IMG/VR virus record: IMGVR_UViG_3300044677_000044
Span: 33,019 to 97,018 of that record
DNA length: 64,000 nt
Origin: a virus
Direction: 5' to 3' (one strand)
Part shown: positions 33,969 through 43,268 of the stretch, piece after piece
Layout: each line of letters starts with the position of its first letter
How positions within the stretch are numbered: position 1 is the first letter of the stretch
The notes under the pieces: generated by a model
Seen by the model: only the letters and a program-made list of their open reading frames with translations
Told to the model about the DNA's origin: nothing
Database searches by the model: none
Made by a program: the position numbers and the translations under genes

Positions 33969-36209
33969 TCAGGTGGTGCGCTGGTACACGCCGCGGCTGA
34001 GGGGGGTGACGCGGCCGGCTTCGTGGAGTTTGGCCATGGTGTTGTTGACGCTGCCGGGGGCGAGGCCGGGGAGGGCTGCGCGGACGTCCTTGATGGCCAT
34101 GGGGCCGTCGGCGAGGACGGTGAGGATCCGGTCTGCGACGGCGCCGGTGTCGCTGGCGGCCGCGGGGGTCTCAGCGAGGGTGTCTTCGTCGACCTGGTCG
34201 GTGTCGCCGTCGGGGTCTTCTCCGGCGAGGAGGTCTTCGGCGTGCTGGAGCCAGTAGGCGTAGGACTCCTGGAAGACGCGGTGTTCGTCGGGGCTCAGCG
34301 TCGGGATGGGGGCGCTCTCGTAGAGGGCAATGAGGCCGGGGAAGGTCTTGTTCTCCTTGCGGGCGCCGAAGGTGCGGGCGAGGAAGAGGCTGCCGCCCTG
34401 AATGATGTTGGCCATACCGGCGGTGATCGGCCCGTTCTCGACGTCCTTGCCTTCGAACGCGGCGTCGATGTCGCTGACGGACTTGAAATAGCGCGGGATG
34501 GGTTCGAGGATGACGCCGGGCGGGAGGACACCGTCGGCGGCCATGTGCTGGGTGGTGGAGGAGTTCACGCGGCCCAGCCACACGGTGCCGTTCTTCGCGT
34601 TGGCCCGGATGCGTTCCTTGTCGCCGAGGTCGGCGAGGTGGATGGACTGGGCGGCGAAGCGGATGCCCTCGCCGAGCTTGCGGCCGGTGGCCTGGGTGTC
34701 GCCGACCAGGCCGGTGACCCACTTGCGGAACGGCCGGGGCACGGTCGCTTCGGACGACAGGATCCGGTTGAGCTCGTCGAGGGTGACGTTGACCAGCCGC
34801 CACGGCTTGCCAATCTCGAAGGACCCCCAGCCGTTGGCGGCGCTGATCTTCTCCCGGTACTTGGCGAGGTCGTTGGCGGCGGCGAGGGTCGCGCCGGTCG
34901 CGGCGATGCCCTTCCCGAAGTGGTACACGCGGCCTTCGGCCTCGGGCAGGCTCATGCCGTCCTGCGCATCGGCGACGATCGAGACGATCCCGGAGATCCG
35001 CTCCGCGGCGAGCATCGTGTTGAGGGTGACGGACTTGCCCGCGCCGGGCGCGCCGGCGAGCAGGTCGGTGATGGCTCCCATCTGGGGGTCGTAGAGCGGG
35101 ATGCGGGCCGGGCGGCCGTCGGGGCGCAGGCCGATCTGGATGGTGCCGTCCTCAGCCATGGTGAGGTCCGCGACGGTGGCCTCACGGACCTGAATGAGCG
35201 GGTGGTTGCGGTACACGGAGATGACACCGTCACCGAGGCCGTCGGTCTCGACCATCAGGAGGCTGGCGTCCTTCATCCCGAACGCTCTGGCGAGCTGCTT
35301 CTGCGGGAGGAAGATCAGCTGGTTCTCGGGGGCCTGGACGCGCAGCACGATGCGGTTGTCTTCGACGCGGTAGCCGGTCAGGGCCATGCCGGGGGCGGCG
35401 CCGGTCGGCCCGGAGACCTTGTCCTCCCACAGGGTGTGCATCTTGTCCTGCTGGGCGCGGGCGGCGTCGGCGAGGGTGGGGGTGGCGATGAGCCGGCGCC
35501 GTCCGGGCCCGGACCCGGGCACCGCCTCCAGACGCACGGATCCTTCGGGCATGTCGAACGCGGCCGCGAGCGCGGTGGCGTTGAGCGCGGGCACCGCCCG
35601 GCCCTTCTGTGCGACGACGACGGCTTCGAAGTCGGCGCGGCCGTGCTGGTACTGGCGGATCGCGGTGAGCTTCGTGCCGGAGGCCATGCCCGCGGCGGAC
35701 GCGGTGTCCCACTGGCGGGCCAGGTACTCCTCGTAGGTGCCGGCCTGGCCGGTGGCCACGGCCAGGGCCGCCACGGGGGTGGGCGAGGGCAGTTCCAGGG
35801 TGAGGTGCGCGGCCCGGGTGACGGGCGCCATCCAGCTCATGAGGGCGCCCCAGGCGGTGGCCGCGGCGATCTCCCACCACGGCGTGCCGGGGTTGACGAG
35901 GTTGGTGAGGTACAGGCCGGCGCCGGTCAGGACGGGCAGGCACCGCTGGCACGTCACGACGAACCCCTCGTGGTCGCCGGCGCGGTTGCTGGCCTTGTCG
36001 TACAGCCACGCGACGGTCCCCACCGCGGTGGCCGCGGCCGCGGCGTGGGCGGGCCACGCCGCGTGGAACTGCGGGGCGATGGCGATACCGGCGGTGGCGG
36101 CGGCGTACGCGAGGCGTTCGCGCTTGACGCGCCGGTGGATGACGTGGCCGGGAACGGGCTCGGCCTGGGCGGCGGGTGCTGGGGTCTTGGCTTTGTCGGT
36201 GACGGCCAC
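33969..36209 (-). CDS. traB: TraB-like FtsK/SpoIIIE conjugative DNA translocase
   Basis: N-terminal TM segments, Walker A LAGAPGAGKS, Walker B VTLDEL, C-terminal winged helix (LPGLAPGSVNNTMAKLHEAGRVTPLSRGVY). Confidence 0.85.
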   Translation of the reverse strand: MAVTDKAKTPAPAAQAEPVPGHVIHRRVKRERLAYAAATAGIAIAPQFHAAWPAHAAAAATAVGTVAWLYDKASNRAGDHEGFVVTCQRCLPVLTGAGLYLTNLVNPGTPWWEIAAATAWGALMSWMAPVTRAAHLTLELPSPTPVAALAVATGQAGTYEEYLARQWDTASAAGMASGTKLTAIRQYQHGRADFEAVVVAQKGRAVPALNATALAAAFDMPEGSVRLEAVPGSGPGRRRLIATPTLADAARAQQDKMHTLWEDKVSGPTGAAPGMALTGYRVEDNRIVLRVQAPENQLIFLPQKQLARAFGMKDASLLMVETDGLGDGVISVYRNHPLIQVREATVADLTMAEDGTIQIGLRPDGRPARIPLYDPQMGAITDLLAGAPGAGKSVTLNTMLAAERISGIVSIVADAQDGMSLPEAEGRVYHFGKGIAATGATLAAANDLAKYREKISAANGWGSFEIGKPWRLVNVTLDELNRILSSEATVPRPFRKWVTGLVGDTQATGRKLGEGIRFAAQSIHLADLGDKERIRANAKNGTVWLGRVNSSTTQHMAADGVLPPGVILEPIPRYFKSVSDIDAAFEGKDVENGPITAGMANIIQGGSLFLARTFGARKENKTFPGLIALYESAPIPTLSPDEHRVFQESYAYWLQHAEDLLAGEDPDGDTDQVDEDTLAETPAAASDTGAVADRILTVLADGPMAIKDVRAALPGLAPGSVNNTMAKLHEAGRVTPLSRGVYQRTT

Positions 36210-36266
36210 CGGGGGTTCTCCTTGCAGAGTCAGCGGATCGTGGGCAGGCAGTAGACGGGACGGGGG

Positions 36267-36833
36267 TCAGCGGACGCGGTTGAAGCCCGGCTTGGGCTGG
36301 CGGACAGCGGACGCCTGCACGGCCTCGTACACGCCGCGGTTCTCGCTCTCGTGGGCGTCGTTGAAGCCGCGGGCGTGGGTTTCCATCACGTCGGCGGTGT
36401 CGGCGAGTTCCCCGGAGGCGTTCGCGACCCTGCGCAGGGCCTTCGACGACTCCATGATCAGCGCGGTGTACTGGGGCTCGACTTCGGCGGCATCGCACAT
36501 CTCCGACAGCGTCTGGGCCTTGCCCGCGTTGTCCTCCATGTGGCGCTGCAGCGCCCACGCGTTCTCCTTCAGGCGCAGCGCCGCGGCGGACAGGGCGGTG
36601 ACGCGGGCGGCCAGCGTCAGGAAGTTCACCACTCCCACGACGGCGCCGGCGGCCGTCGCCCCGGCAGTGCGGGCCGGCCGGTCCGCGGGAACGGGGGCGT
36701 TCTCCTGCCCGGCCCCCGCTGCGCCCGCGGCGGCGGGTGCGGGCTGCGGGCCGCCAGCGGCCGCCCCGTTCGGGGTGGCAGGGGCGGGCGCGTTGGCGGG
36801 GACGGGTTCGATGCTGCTCACGGTGTTCCTCAC
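36267..36833 (-). CDS. Conserved helical protein of Streptomyces transfer regions
   Basis: Ala/Pro N-terminus plus about 100 aa amphipathic helical hairpin; coupled to the upstream gene. Confidence 0.65.
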   Translation of the reverse strand: MRNTVSSIEPVPANAPAPATPNGAAAGGPQPAPAAAGAAGAGQENAPVPADRPARTAGATAAGAVVGVVNFLTLAARVTALSAAALRLKENAWALQRHMEDNAGKAQTLSEMCDAAEVEPQYTALIMESSKALRRVANASGELADTADVMETHARGFNDAHESENRGVYEAVQASAVRQPKPGFNRVR

Positions 36834-38860
36834 GTCTCGTTGTGGGCGCGCGCGGACGGCACGGTCAGGCCGGCGTCGGCGGTGGCCTGGGTGATGGGCC
36901 GGTACGCGTCGTTGAGGGCGTTGTCCGCGGCCTCCGTTGTCTCCGCGGCGTGCAGGGACTCGGTCTGCATCTCGTCGGCCTTGCGGGCGAGGATGTCCAT
37001 GGACTCCGCGAGGCGGACCATCGCCGATGTGGTGAGCACGCCGATGACGTTGTTGGTGACCGCCAGGTCCACGGCCAGGTTCTCCAGACGCTCCCGCAGC
37101 CTGCGGGCCCGGGCGGCCAGGCGCACGCTGTCGTCGTGGGTGCTGAAGCTGTCCCGGGTGAGGTCTTCCAGCACCTCCAGGGCGTCATCGAGGCTGACTT
37201 CCGTTTCGTGCTGGGCGTCCATCGCGGGCACGCGGCGGCTCTTGGCGGGCACGGACATGGGGCGCGGCTCCTTACTGCGGGTGGGCGTGCTGGGGGCGGC
37301 CGGGGCGCCCGGCATGGGCCGGGGACGGCGGGTACCGGGCCGGCGGGTGTGCGGGACGGGCGCCGCGGGCAGCGCAGGCGCGCCGGCACCGATCCCGGCC
37401 GGCTCGCGCCAGTGCCGCTCCTGGTCACCGACGTTGTCGGTGCGCTCGACGGTGGTGGTGTAGCCGCCGGCCGCCGTAGCGGAGGCCATCCCGGCTGCCT
37501 CCCACGGCGTTTGGCGGGTGCCGCCGCCGGTGAACCCGGCGCTGGACGACCCGGCCGCACCACCAGGTGTGGCACCGGCGGTGGTGCCGGGACGGCCGGT
37601 GTGTGCGGTGCGGCGCTTGTCCCAGTAGGAGTGGGCGCGGGTGCGGGCCTTGCCCCAGTAGCCGTTGGCCCGGTCCTTCTTCTTCCACTTCATGTCCTGG
37701 GCCTTCTTGGTCGACGGCCTGGACGTGCCGCCCGCGGCCCCGCCCGGCTTGCCGCCCGGGCCCTTGCTGTTCCGGTTCTTCCTCGTGTTCGTGGTGCTCA
37801 CGACCGGGGTGAGGCGCTTGCGGCGCTTCTTCAGGCGCCGCGCGGCTTCGTTACTGACCGCCCCGGTGAGCGTGGTGCGCTCCGCACCGTTCTTCTTGGT
37901 CTGCTTGTCGGCGGCCGCCGGGCTGTTCTTGGACAGCCGGTCCTTCTTCGCGGTCTTCTTCTCCAGGTCGGCGCGCTTCTTCTTCGGCGAGCGGAGCGTG
38001 CCCTTGTCCAGGGAGGTGCCGCGGGGCGACTTCGTCCGGCGGTCGCGCCGGGTCAGGCCCAGGCGATCCGTCGTGGTCCCCTTGGGATCCTTCGCACCGG
38101 GCTTGTCCTTGCGGTCCTTGCGGTCCTTGGTCTTGGTGGCGCCGCTGCCGCGCTGCGACGGGGCGAGCACTCCCCCGCCCCGCTTGCCGCCGTTCTTCTT
38201 GTCCGTGGAGCGGTTGTTGCGCTGGGTGCGCGCGCTGTCGGTGCCGCCGCTCTTGCTGTTGTTCTTGCCGGGGGTGTTCCTCCCGCCGCCACCGCCCCCG
38301 TTCTTGGGACCGCTGGAGTGGTGGCCGCCGCTGGTACCGCTCGAGGTGCGGCGCAGGGACTGACTGCCGAAGTCGTGGCTGGAGGGAACCCGCCGCGTGG
38401 ACCTACTGCTGCTCCCGGAGCCGGCCAGGCCCTCAACGGTCTGCCGGTGCTCCCGGTGCTCGCGCCACGCGGTGACCGCGGAGTGGATACCGCGCAGCGC
38501 CGCCACAGCCACCGCGAGGGCGACCGCCAGCGACAGGGCACCCAGTTGCGCGCTGTGCGCGGGCCTCGAGGGCTCGGCCCGGAACGTGTCGGGAACGACC
38601 CCCGGCGCGGGCGGGGCCGGCGGAGTGATGACCGGGTCGGCCAGGCCGGGCTGGGCGAGCGCGGCGATGGTGTCCATCGGGGACCGGCGCCCGCCCGTGG
38701 CGGGTGCCGCATCCCCAGCAGCGGTTCCTGCCGGGCCGGCCGCCGGCGGGAACATCGGCGCGACCGGAGCACCCGGCGCGACCGGAGCGGGCCGGGCGGG
38801 GGTGAGGTCGAACCCGATCCGGGGGAAGTTGATCACGTTGTTGTCATCGTCGCGGTCCAT
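36830..38860 (-). CDS. Large low-complexity protein with one TM segment and C-terminal helical domain
   Basis: 676 aa; TM LSLAVALAVAVAAL, Lys/Arg-rich middle, acidic helical C-terminus. Confidence 0.65.
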   Translation of the reverse strand: MDRDDDNNVINFPRIGFDLTPARPAPVAPGAPVAPMFPPAAGPAGTAAGDAAPATGGRRSPMDTIAALAQPGLADPVITPPAPPAPGVVPDTFRAEPSRPAHSAQLGALSLAVALAVAVAALRGIHSAVTAWREHREHRQTVEGLAGSGSSSRSTRRVPSSHDFGSQSLRRTSSGTSGGHHSSGPKNGGGGGGRNTPGKNNSKSGGTDSARTQRNNRSTDKKNGGKRGGGVLAPSQRGSGATKTKDRKDRKDKPGAKDPKGTTTDRLGLTRRDRRTKSPRGTSLDKGTLRSPKKKRADLEKKTAKKDRLSKNSPAAADKQTKKNGAERTTLTGAVSNEAARRLKKRRKRLTPVVSTTNTRKNRNSKGPGGKPGGAAGGTSRPSTKKAQDMKWKKKDRANGYWGKARTRAHSYWDKRRTAHTGRPGTTAGATPGGAAGSSSAGFTGGGTRQTPWEAAGMASATAAGGYTTTVERTDNVGDQERHWREPAGIGAGAPALPAAPVPHTRRPGTRRPRPMPGAPAAPSTPTRSKEPRPMSVPAKSRRVPAMDAQHETEVSLDDALEVLEDLTRDSFSTHDDSVRLAARARRLRERLENLAVDLAVTNNVIGVLTTSAMVRLAESMDILARKADEMQTESLHAAETTEAADNALNDAYRPITQATADAGLTVPSARAHNET

Positions 38861-38982
38861 GGGCCACCTCCTTCAGAGTTGACAGACAGTCACGGAATGG
38901 GCGATCCTCGCGCGCGCACGTCGCGCGCGCACCTTGGGCGCATCGTCACCGCGTTTCGCGGTGATGATGATGACCACACTCA

Positions 38983-39195
38983 TCACTCGGCGTAGCGCTT
39001 GTAGAAGTCGTGCAGGTGGTCCGCGAGCTTGCTGTGGGCGTCGGGCTGGCCGTTGTTCGCGGCCTGCTTGGCGACCATCCGGCAGGCGTCGAACCACACC
39101 GTCACGACCTCCTCCGGCGTGGTGGCCGCGGCCTGGCGGGCGTTCCAGTGCGCTGCCTGGTTCGCCCGCCGCCGCTCGGCACTGATCCGCTTCAC
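38983..39195 (-). CDS. Small hypothetical protein
   Basis: 70 aa, overlaps the traA stop by 4 bp. Confidence 0.65.
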   Translation of the reverse strand: MKRISAERRRANQAAHWNARQAAATTPEEVVTVWFDACRMVAKQAANNGQPDAHSKLADHLHDFYKRYAE

Positions 39196-39734
39196 CGCTG
39201 GCCCTTCGCGAAGAACTCGCCGATGCCCTCCGGCGACCAGTCCTCGCCGCCGGCCGCCCGCCCGAAGCCCATCGACGGCGCGTCCAGGTACTGCGGCTCC
39301 TGCTGCTGCCCGCCGCTGGCCTGCGGGTTTGCCGCATCACCGGCCAGGAACCGGGTCGACTTGTCCAGCGACTTCGCCACGAACGCGCCCTTGGCCACGG
39401 CCCGCTGCTGCTTCCGGGCCGCCTTCCGCTCCGCGGTCACCGCCCGGCGCTCCGGCAACTCCAGCACGTGGTGCTTGTACGTGGCGTACAGCGCCTCCGC
39501 ACTGGCCGCGGCCTTCTCCGAGGCGCGCTGCATCCGCTTCATCTTCCGGGCGACCTTCCGGGCCCGCCGACCTGCGGCGAAGGGACGGTCGCCCTCGATC
39601 GGGGTCTGCTTCAGACGGCCCTGGATGATCTGACCGATCTGCCCGTACTGGCGGCCAGCCTCCATGTGCTGGTCCCGCTCGATGTCGGTGAACTCCCTCA
39701 GCCCGTCGTCTGTGAACAGGGCGTCGACGTTCAT
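39192..39734 (-). CDS. traA: Plasmid transfer protein TraA family
   Basis: ATG 39734 with GGAG RBS; IQGRLKQTPIEGD...RARKVARKMKR...AAASAEALYATY resembles Streptomyces plasmid TraA. Confidence 0.7.
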   Translation of the reverse strand: MNVDALFTDDGLREFTDIERDQHMEAGRQYGQIGQIIQGRLKQTPIEGDRPFAAGRRARKVARKMKRMQRASEKAAASAEALYATYKHHVLELPERRAVTAERKAARKQQRAVAKGAFVAKSLDKSTRFLAGDAANPQASGGQQQEPQYLDAPSMGFGRAAGGEDWSPEGIGEFFAKGQR

Positions 39735-39823
39735 GGTGGTACTCCTCTCGCGATCGGATGCTGTGCGTTTGTGCAGGTCAGGCAGTGTTGCGCTGGTGGT
39801 GGCGGGGTGGACTGCGTGACCGG

Positions 39824-40036
39824 TCAGGACCGGCCACGGCGGCGGCCGCCGCCGGACGAGTTGCGGTACCCGAACGGGCCGGGCAGGTCCATCGAGGTCG
39901 TACGCCGGCCGGTGGACGAGGTGGTGTAGTGCGGGCCGCCGTGCTTCCGGCCGAACGTCACCGACCACGACTTCGCGTTGATGTTGAGGCGGACGAGCGG
40001 GAAGATCATGAAGGACTTGCGGAACGTGATCGGCAC
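39824..40036 (-). CDS. DUF4236 domain protein
   Basis: MPITFRKSFMIFPLVRLNINAKSWSVTFG...TTSMDLPG motif. Confidence 0.8.
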   Translation of the reverse strand: MPITFRKSFMIFPLVRLNINAKSWSVTFGRKHGGPHYTTSSTGRRTTSMDLPGPFGYRNSSGGGRRRGRS

Positions 40037-40054
40037 GGTGTTTCTCCTCGGAGA

Positions 40055-41293
40055 TCAGGCGGACTTGAGGTTGCGGTACTCCCGAACGAGCCGGGACGCG
40101 GTGGGCTTGGAACGGCCGAGCGCGTCGGCGATCGGCTGCAACGGGAGCTTCTCGTCGGGCCCGTTCCACTCGTCGACGAAACGGCTGACGATGTCGAGCT
40201 GGGCGTTGCGGTCGATCGGCGTTGCAACGGACCCAGTCGTTTCACGGGGCGTTGCGGCGGGGCGGGTTCGGGGCGTTGCGTTGCGCGCTGCGCCGCCCAT
40301 TGCGCGCTGCGGGGGGGCCGTTTCACCCATTGCAGGGGTGGCGGGGCGTTGCGTTGCGGAAGCCGTTTCACGGTCCGTCGTGGAACGCCCGGGGAGCGTT
40401 CCACCGACCGTTTCGCTGGGGACTGTGGAACGGTCGGGAAGCGTTGCACTGACCGTTCCACGGGGCGTTGCGGCCGCCGCAACGGTGTCGCGTGCAACGG
40501 CCGTTTCACGGCTCACATCCGTTGCGGAGGCCGTTTCACCGGAGACCGTTTCGCTCTTCCGCAGGTCGTTTCGGGCGGCCGTTGCGGCGACCTTCTCAGG
40601 GTGCGTTTCGGTGATGCGGTGGACGCGCCAGACGATGAGGGGGGCGATGGCGGCGACCAACACGATCAGCCACCACTGCGTGGTCCACGTCTCGTGGTGC
40701 GGCCGGCCAGTCTTGGTGACGCCCACGAGGTGAGCCTCAGCGAGGTGAAGGAGCGCGTTGGTGGCGATCATGAGGATGAGGGCGGCGGCCACGTCGCGGT
40801 GACGGCGCATGGCCTGGATGACGTAGACGTCGATCGCGGTGGGCAGCGCCCAGGCGATCGAGGAGGGGAAGCCCACCATCCTGGCGAGGCCGTACTCGCC
40901 CGACGCGGTGAGGCCGACTGCGGCGAGGAGCGCGATCCAGGGGCCGACACGGTCGAACAAGGGCTTCTTGTCCGGCGCCTGCGCGGTGGTCTTGGTGGCC
41001 GGCCCGGCGGGCGCCGTGGTGGGGCGTGCGTTGGCGGTCGCGGGCCGGGCCGGCCGGGTGAACACGGGCGGCGCAGAGTCGACGGCGGCCGCCTTGACTT
41101 CGGCGATGGCGACCTGGCTCTCGTAGTGGGCCAGGCCCGCCTCGCGGAACGTCGTCGGAGCGGGCGCCGTGGTGGTGGTCGGCGGGAGAGTTATGGCGGG
41201 CAGCCCCGAGCCGCTGGGGTGCGGTGCTCTCGCGGCCGGCATCGCGGCCTCGGGCAGCGGCCGGGCCGTGGGGGCGATCGGGGCGGTGGTCAC
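40055..41293 (-). CDS. SpdB/DUF2637-like multi-TM spread protein with repeat linker and C-terminal HTH
   Basis: GTG 41293; about 4 TM segments (GPWIALLAAVG...AWALPTAIDVY...), ET/AT-rich linker, PIADALGRSKPTASRLVREY HTH. Confidence 0.7.
   Translation of the reverse strand: MTTAPIAPTARPLPEAAMPAARAPHPSGSGLPAITLPPTTTTAPAPTTFREAGLAHYESQVAIAEVKAAAVDSAPPVFTRPARPATANARPTTAPAGPATKTTAQAPDKKPLFDRVGPWIALLAAVGLTASGEYGLARMVGFPSSIAWALPTAIDVYVIQAMRRHRDVAAALILMIATNALLHLAEAHLVGVTKTGRPHHETWTTQWWLIVLVAAIAPLIVWRVHRITETHPEKVAATAARNDLRKSETVSGETASATDVSRETAVARDTVAAAATPRGTVSATLPDRSTVPSETVGGTLPGRSTTDRETASATQRPATPAMGETAPPQRAMGGAARNATPRTRPAATPRETTGSVATPIDRNAQLDIVSRFVDEWNGPDEKLPLQPIADALGRSKPTASRLVREYRNLKSA
40204..40609. 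repeat. Array of about 27 CGTTBC cores (11 full CGTTBCAC 8-mers) in both orientations
   Basis: Manual count: 22 plus-strand and 5 minus-strand cores; CGTTTCAC at 40238, 40319, 40364, 40502, 40532. Confidence 0.85.
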
Positions 41294-42003
41294 GGGGATC
41301 GGTGTCCTTCCGAGTTGAGGCGGGTGGTGTGTGGGCGGGTCAGGTGAGGTTGTGGAGCGGCGGGTTGGGCAGACCGGCGTGCGCGGCGATCTCGTCACCG
41401 GTGAGGCGGGTGGCGCGGACCAGGTACGGGGCGACAGTGAGGATGCGGTGCCAGTGCAGGCTGAGGGCCTGGTCCGCGAGGGCGTGGAGGTGGGCGTAGT
41501 CGTAGCCGTCGCCGCCGCCGAAGGTGACGCGGGGCTGGACATCTGCGGCGAGGATGACGCCGCGGTCGCGGTGGGCGCCGACCTCGGCGACTGCGGCGCG
41601 CTCCTCAGTCCACAGACCGGTTTCGCGGAGCCAGCGGTCTTCTGCGCGTTCGCCAGCGGCGAGCCCGACAGCGCAGCCCAGGCCAGCGTGAGGCGGGACG
41701 GGGCCGCCCGTAGCGATTCCTTCCTCGGTGCCGATGGCGGCGTCGACCACGTGGATGCCCGCGGCCATCCACAGGACGGCGTGGGCGAGTTCGTGGACGG
41801 CCTGCGCGGTGCGGGCCTGATCGGCGGCGAGGCCGACGGTGCGGTGGTCGAAGTACGGGAGGTCCGCGAAGTGGTCGGGCAGGACGTGGCGCAGCGGGTA
41901 AGGAGTCCCGTCGGGCAGCGCGAAGCCGTGGTGCCAGGTCACAGTCATGGCGGCTGAGGCGGTGGTCACGGGGATCGGTGTCCTTCCGGGTTGAGGCGGG
42001 TGG
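41282..42003. repeat. 46-bp direct repeats (1 mismatch) at 41282-41327 and 41958-42003
   Basis: GGCGGTGGTCACGGGGATCGGTGTCCTTCCG(A/G)GTTGAGGCGGGTGG; each copy contains the RBS, GTG start and first codons of adjacent genes. Confidence 0.9.
41340..41969 (-). CDS. HExxH zincin-like metallopeptidase domain protein
   Basis: AVHELAHAVL motif, ...LAAGERAE... third-ligand-like segment. Confidence 0.55.
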   Translation of the reverse strand: MTTASAAMTVTWHHGFALPDGTPYPLRHVLPDHFADLPYFDHRTVGLAADQARTAQAVHELAHAVLWMAAGIHVVDAAIGTEEGIATGGPVPPHAGLGCAVGLAAGERAEDRWLRETGLWTEERAAVAEVGAHRDRGVILAADVQPRVTFGGGDGYDYAHLHALADQALSLHWHRILTVAPYLVRATRLTGDEIAAHAGLPNPPLHNLT

Positions 42004-42019
42004 GGTGGGGGTTGGCGGG

Positions 42020-42634
42020 TCAGGAGGCCGTGCCGCCGAACGTGATGGTGGTCGGCTTCTCGAACTGCGGGACGATGATCTGCATCGAGCCGGAGGCGTC
42101 CTGCTCCTGCTGCGCGAGCGCGATGCGGACGAACGCGGTCTGGAGGCGGCTGATGGTCTCGGCGACATCGCCGCCGACAACCGGGTACGCGGCCAGGTAC
42201 AGGCGGGTGGCGAGCTCGGCCAGAACGGCCGGCTCGGACTGGTGTTCCACGAGCTGGTCCAGGACGTGTCCGAAGGCGTCCTCCCAGTCCTCCGATCCGC
42301 GGGTACGGAACTCCAGGTTCTCCGCGACCGAGGCCGACGCGAGCAGCTGCAGGAGCTCCGAGGTGTCGGCGCAGACCTGGGTGATCTCCTGGTCCTCCCG
42401 GGTGACGTTCCAGCCCTGGGCGTACGCGTCGCCCATCTGCTGCTCGAGCACGGCGAGGCCCGACAGGAGCCGGGCCCGGGTGTGCGGGTAGCGAGCCTTG
42501 GGGCCGTCGAGGAGGTCCCAGACGGTCGCGGCCTTGTCGGCGAGGGTGAAGTAGATCCGGCGGCCGTCGCGGACGATGCTGCCGGGCCGTCGGGCGGCGG
42601 CCTCCTGGCGGAACTGGGCGAGTCGGATGTTCAT
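42020..42634 (-). CDS. Hypothetical protein
   Basis: 204 aa, AAGGAG RBS. Confidence 0.65.
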   Translation of the reverse strand: MNIRLAQFRQEAAARRPGSIVRDGRRIYFTLADKAATVWDLLDGPKARYPHTRARLLSGLAVLEQQMGDAYAQGWNVTREDQEITQVCADTSELLQLLASASVAENLEFRTRGSEDWEDAFGHVLDQLVEHQSEPAVLAELATRLYLAAYPVVGGDVAETISRLQTAFVRIALAQQEQDASGSMQIIVPQFEKPTTITFGGTAS

Positions 42635-42697
42635 GCGGTGTGGTGCTCCTTCGGGATCGAGATCGGCGGGTGCGGGTTGGTGCGGTGGTTGGCGGGG

Positions 42698-42874
42698 TCA
42701 GGCGTTGCGGACGTCGGCCGGGGTGACGCCGGCGGCGATGGCCCGGTTGACGGTGGTGACGACCGCGTCCGCGGCCTCCTGCGCCTCCTGGCTGTCGGGC
42801 CCGTAATCGCGGACGACCTGTGCGGTCACCGCGATGGCGTCCGTACCCGCCTGGATCGTCGGGTGGCTCGTCAT
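42698..42874 (-). CDS. Small hypothetical protein
   Basis: ATG 42874 with AAGGAG RBS; 58 aa. Confidence 0.6.
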   Translation of the reverse strand: MTSHPTIQAGTDAIAVTAQVVRDYGPDSQEAQEAADAVVTTVNRAIAAGVTPADVRNA

Positions 42875-43115
42875 GCGAGTGGTGCTCCTTCGAGGTCGGG
42901 TTGGTCGGTGTGTCTGGTGGTTCTCCTCACCGGCCAGCAGGTGCTGGTACTCGCCGGTGAGGACAGCCGTCAGGCTGCGGTAGGGGTGCGGGCCCGGCCG
43001 GTCGGACGACCGGGCCCGCGCGCCAGGCGGTCTGGGGGTCAGTCGTCGTCTTCGGGCCTGATCGGGTCGTCGTCGTGGCCGTCGTCGCCACACCAGTCGC
43101 AAGCGGTGATCACCT

Positions 43116-43268
43116 TCACCACCCCCTGATCTGCATGCCGAGGCGGTGCGCGTCAGGGTCGGTGAGGTCGGACGGCGGGGCCGGCACGACCACGGGCTCA
43201 GCGGCAATCACACGGTCCAGGTCCTGATCGGCCTGGCTGCGCTGCACGGGAACCTGCTGGTCACTCAC
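43116..43268 (-). CDS. Small hypothetical protein (50 aa)
   Basis: Manual translation MSDQQVPVQRSQADQDLDRVIAAEPVV...MQIRGW*; GTG overlaps the upstream stop. Confidence 0.4.
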   Translation of the reverse strand: MSDQQVPVQRSQADQDLDRVIAAEPVVVPAPPSDLTDPDAHRLGMQIRGW

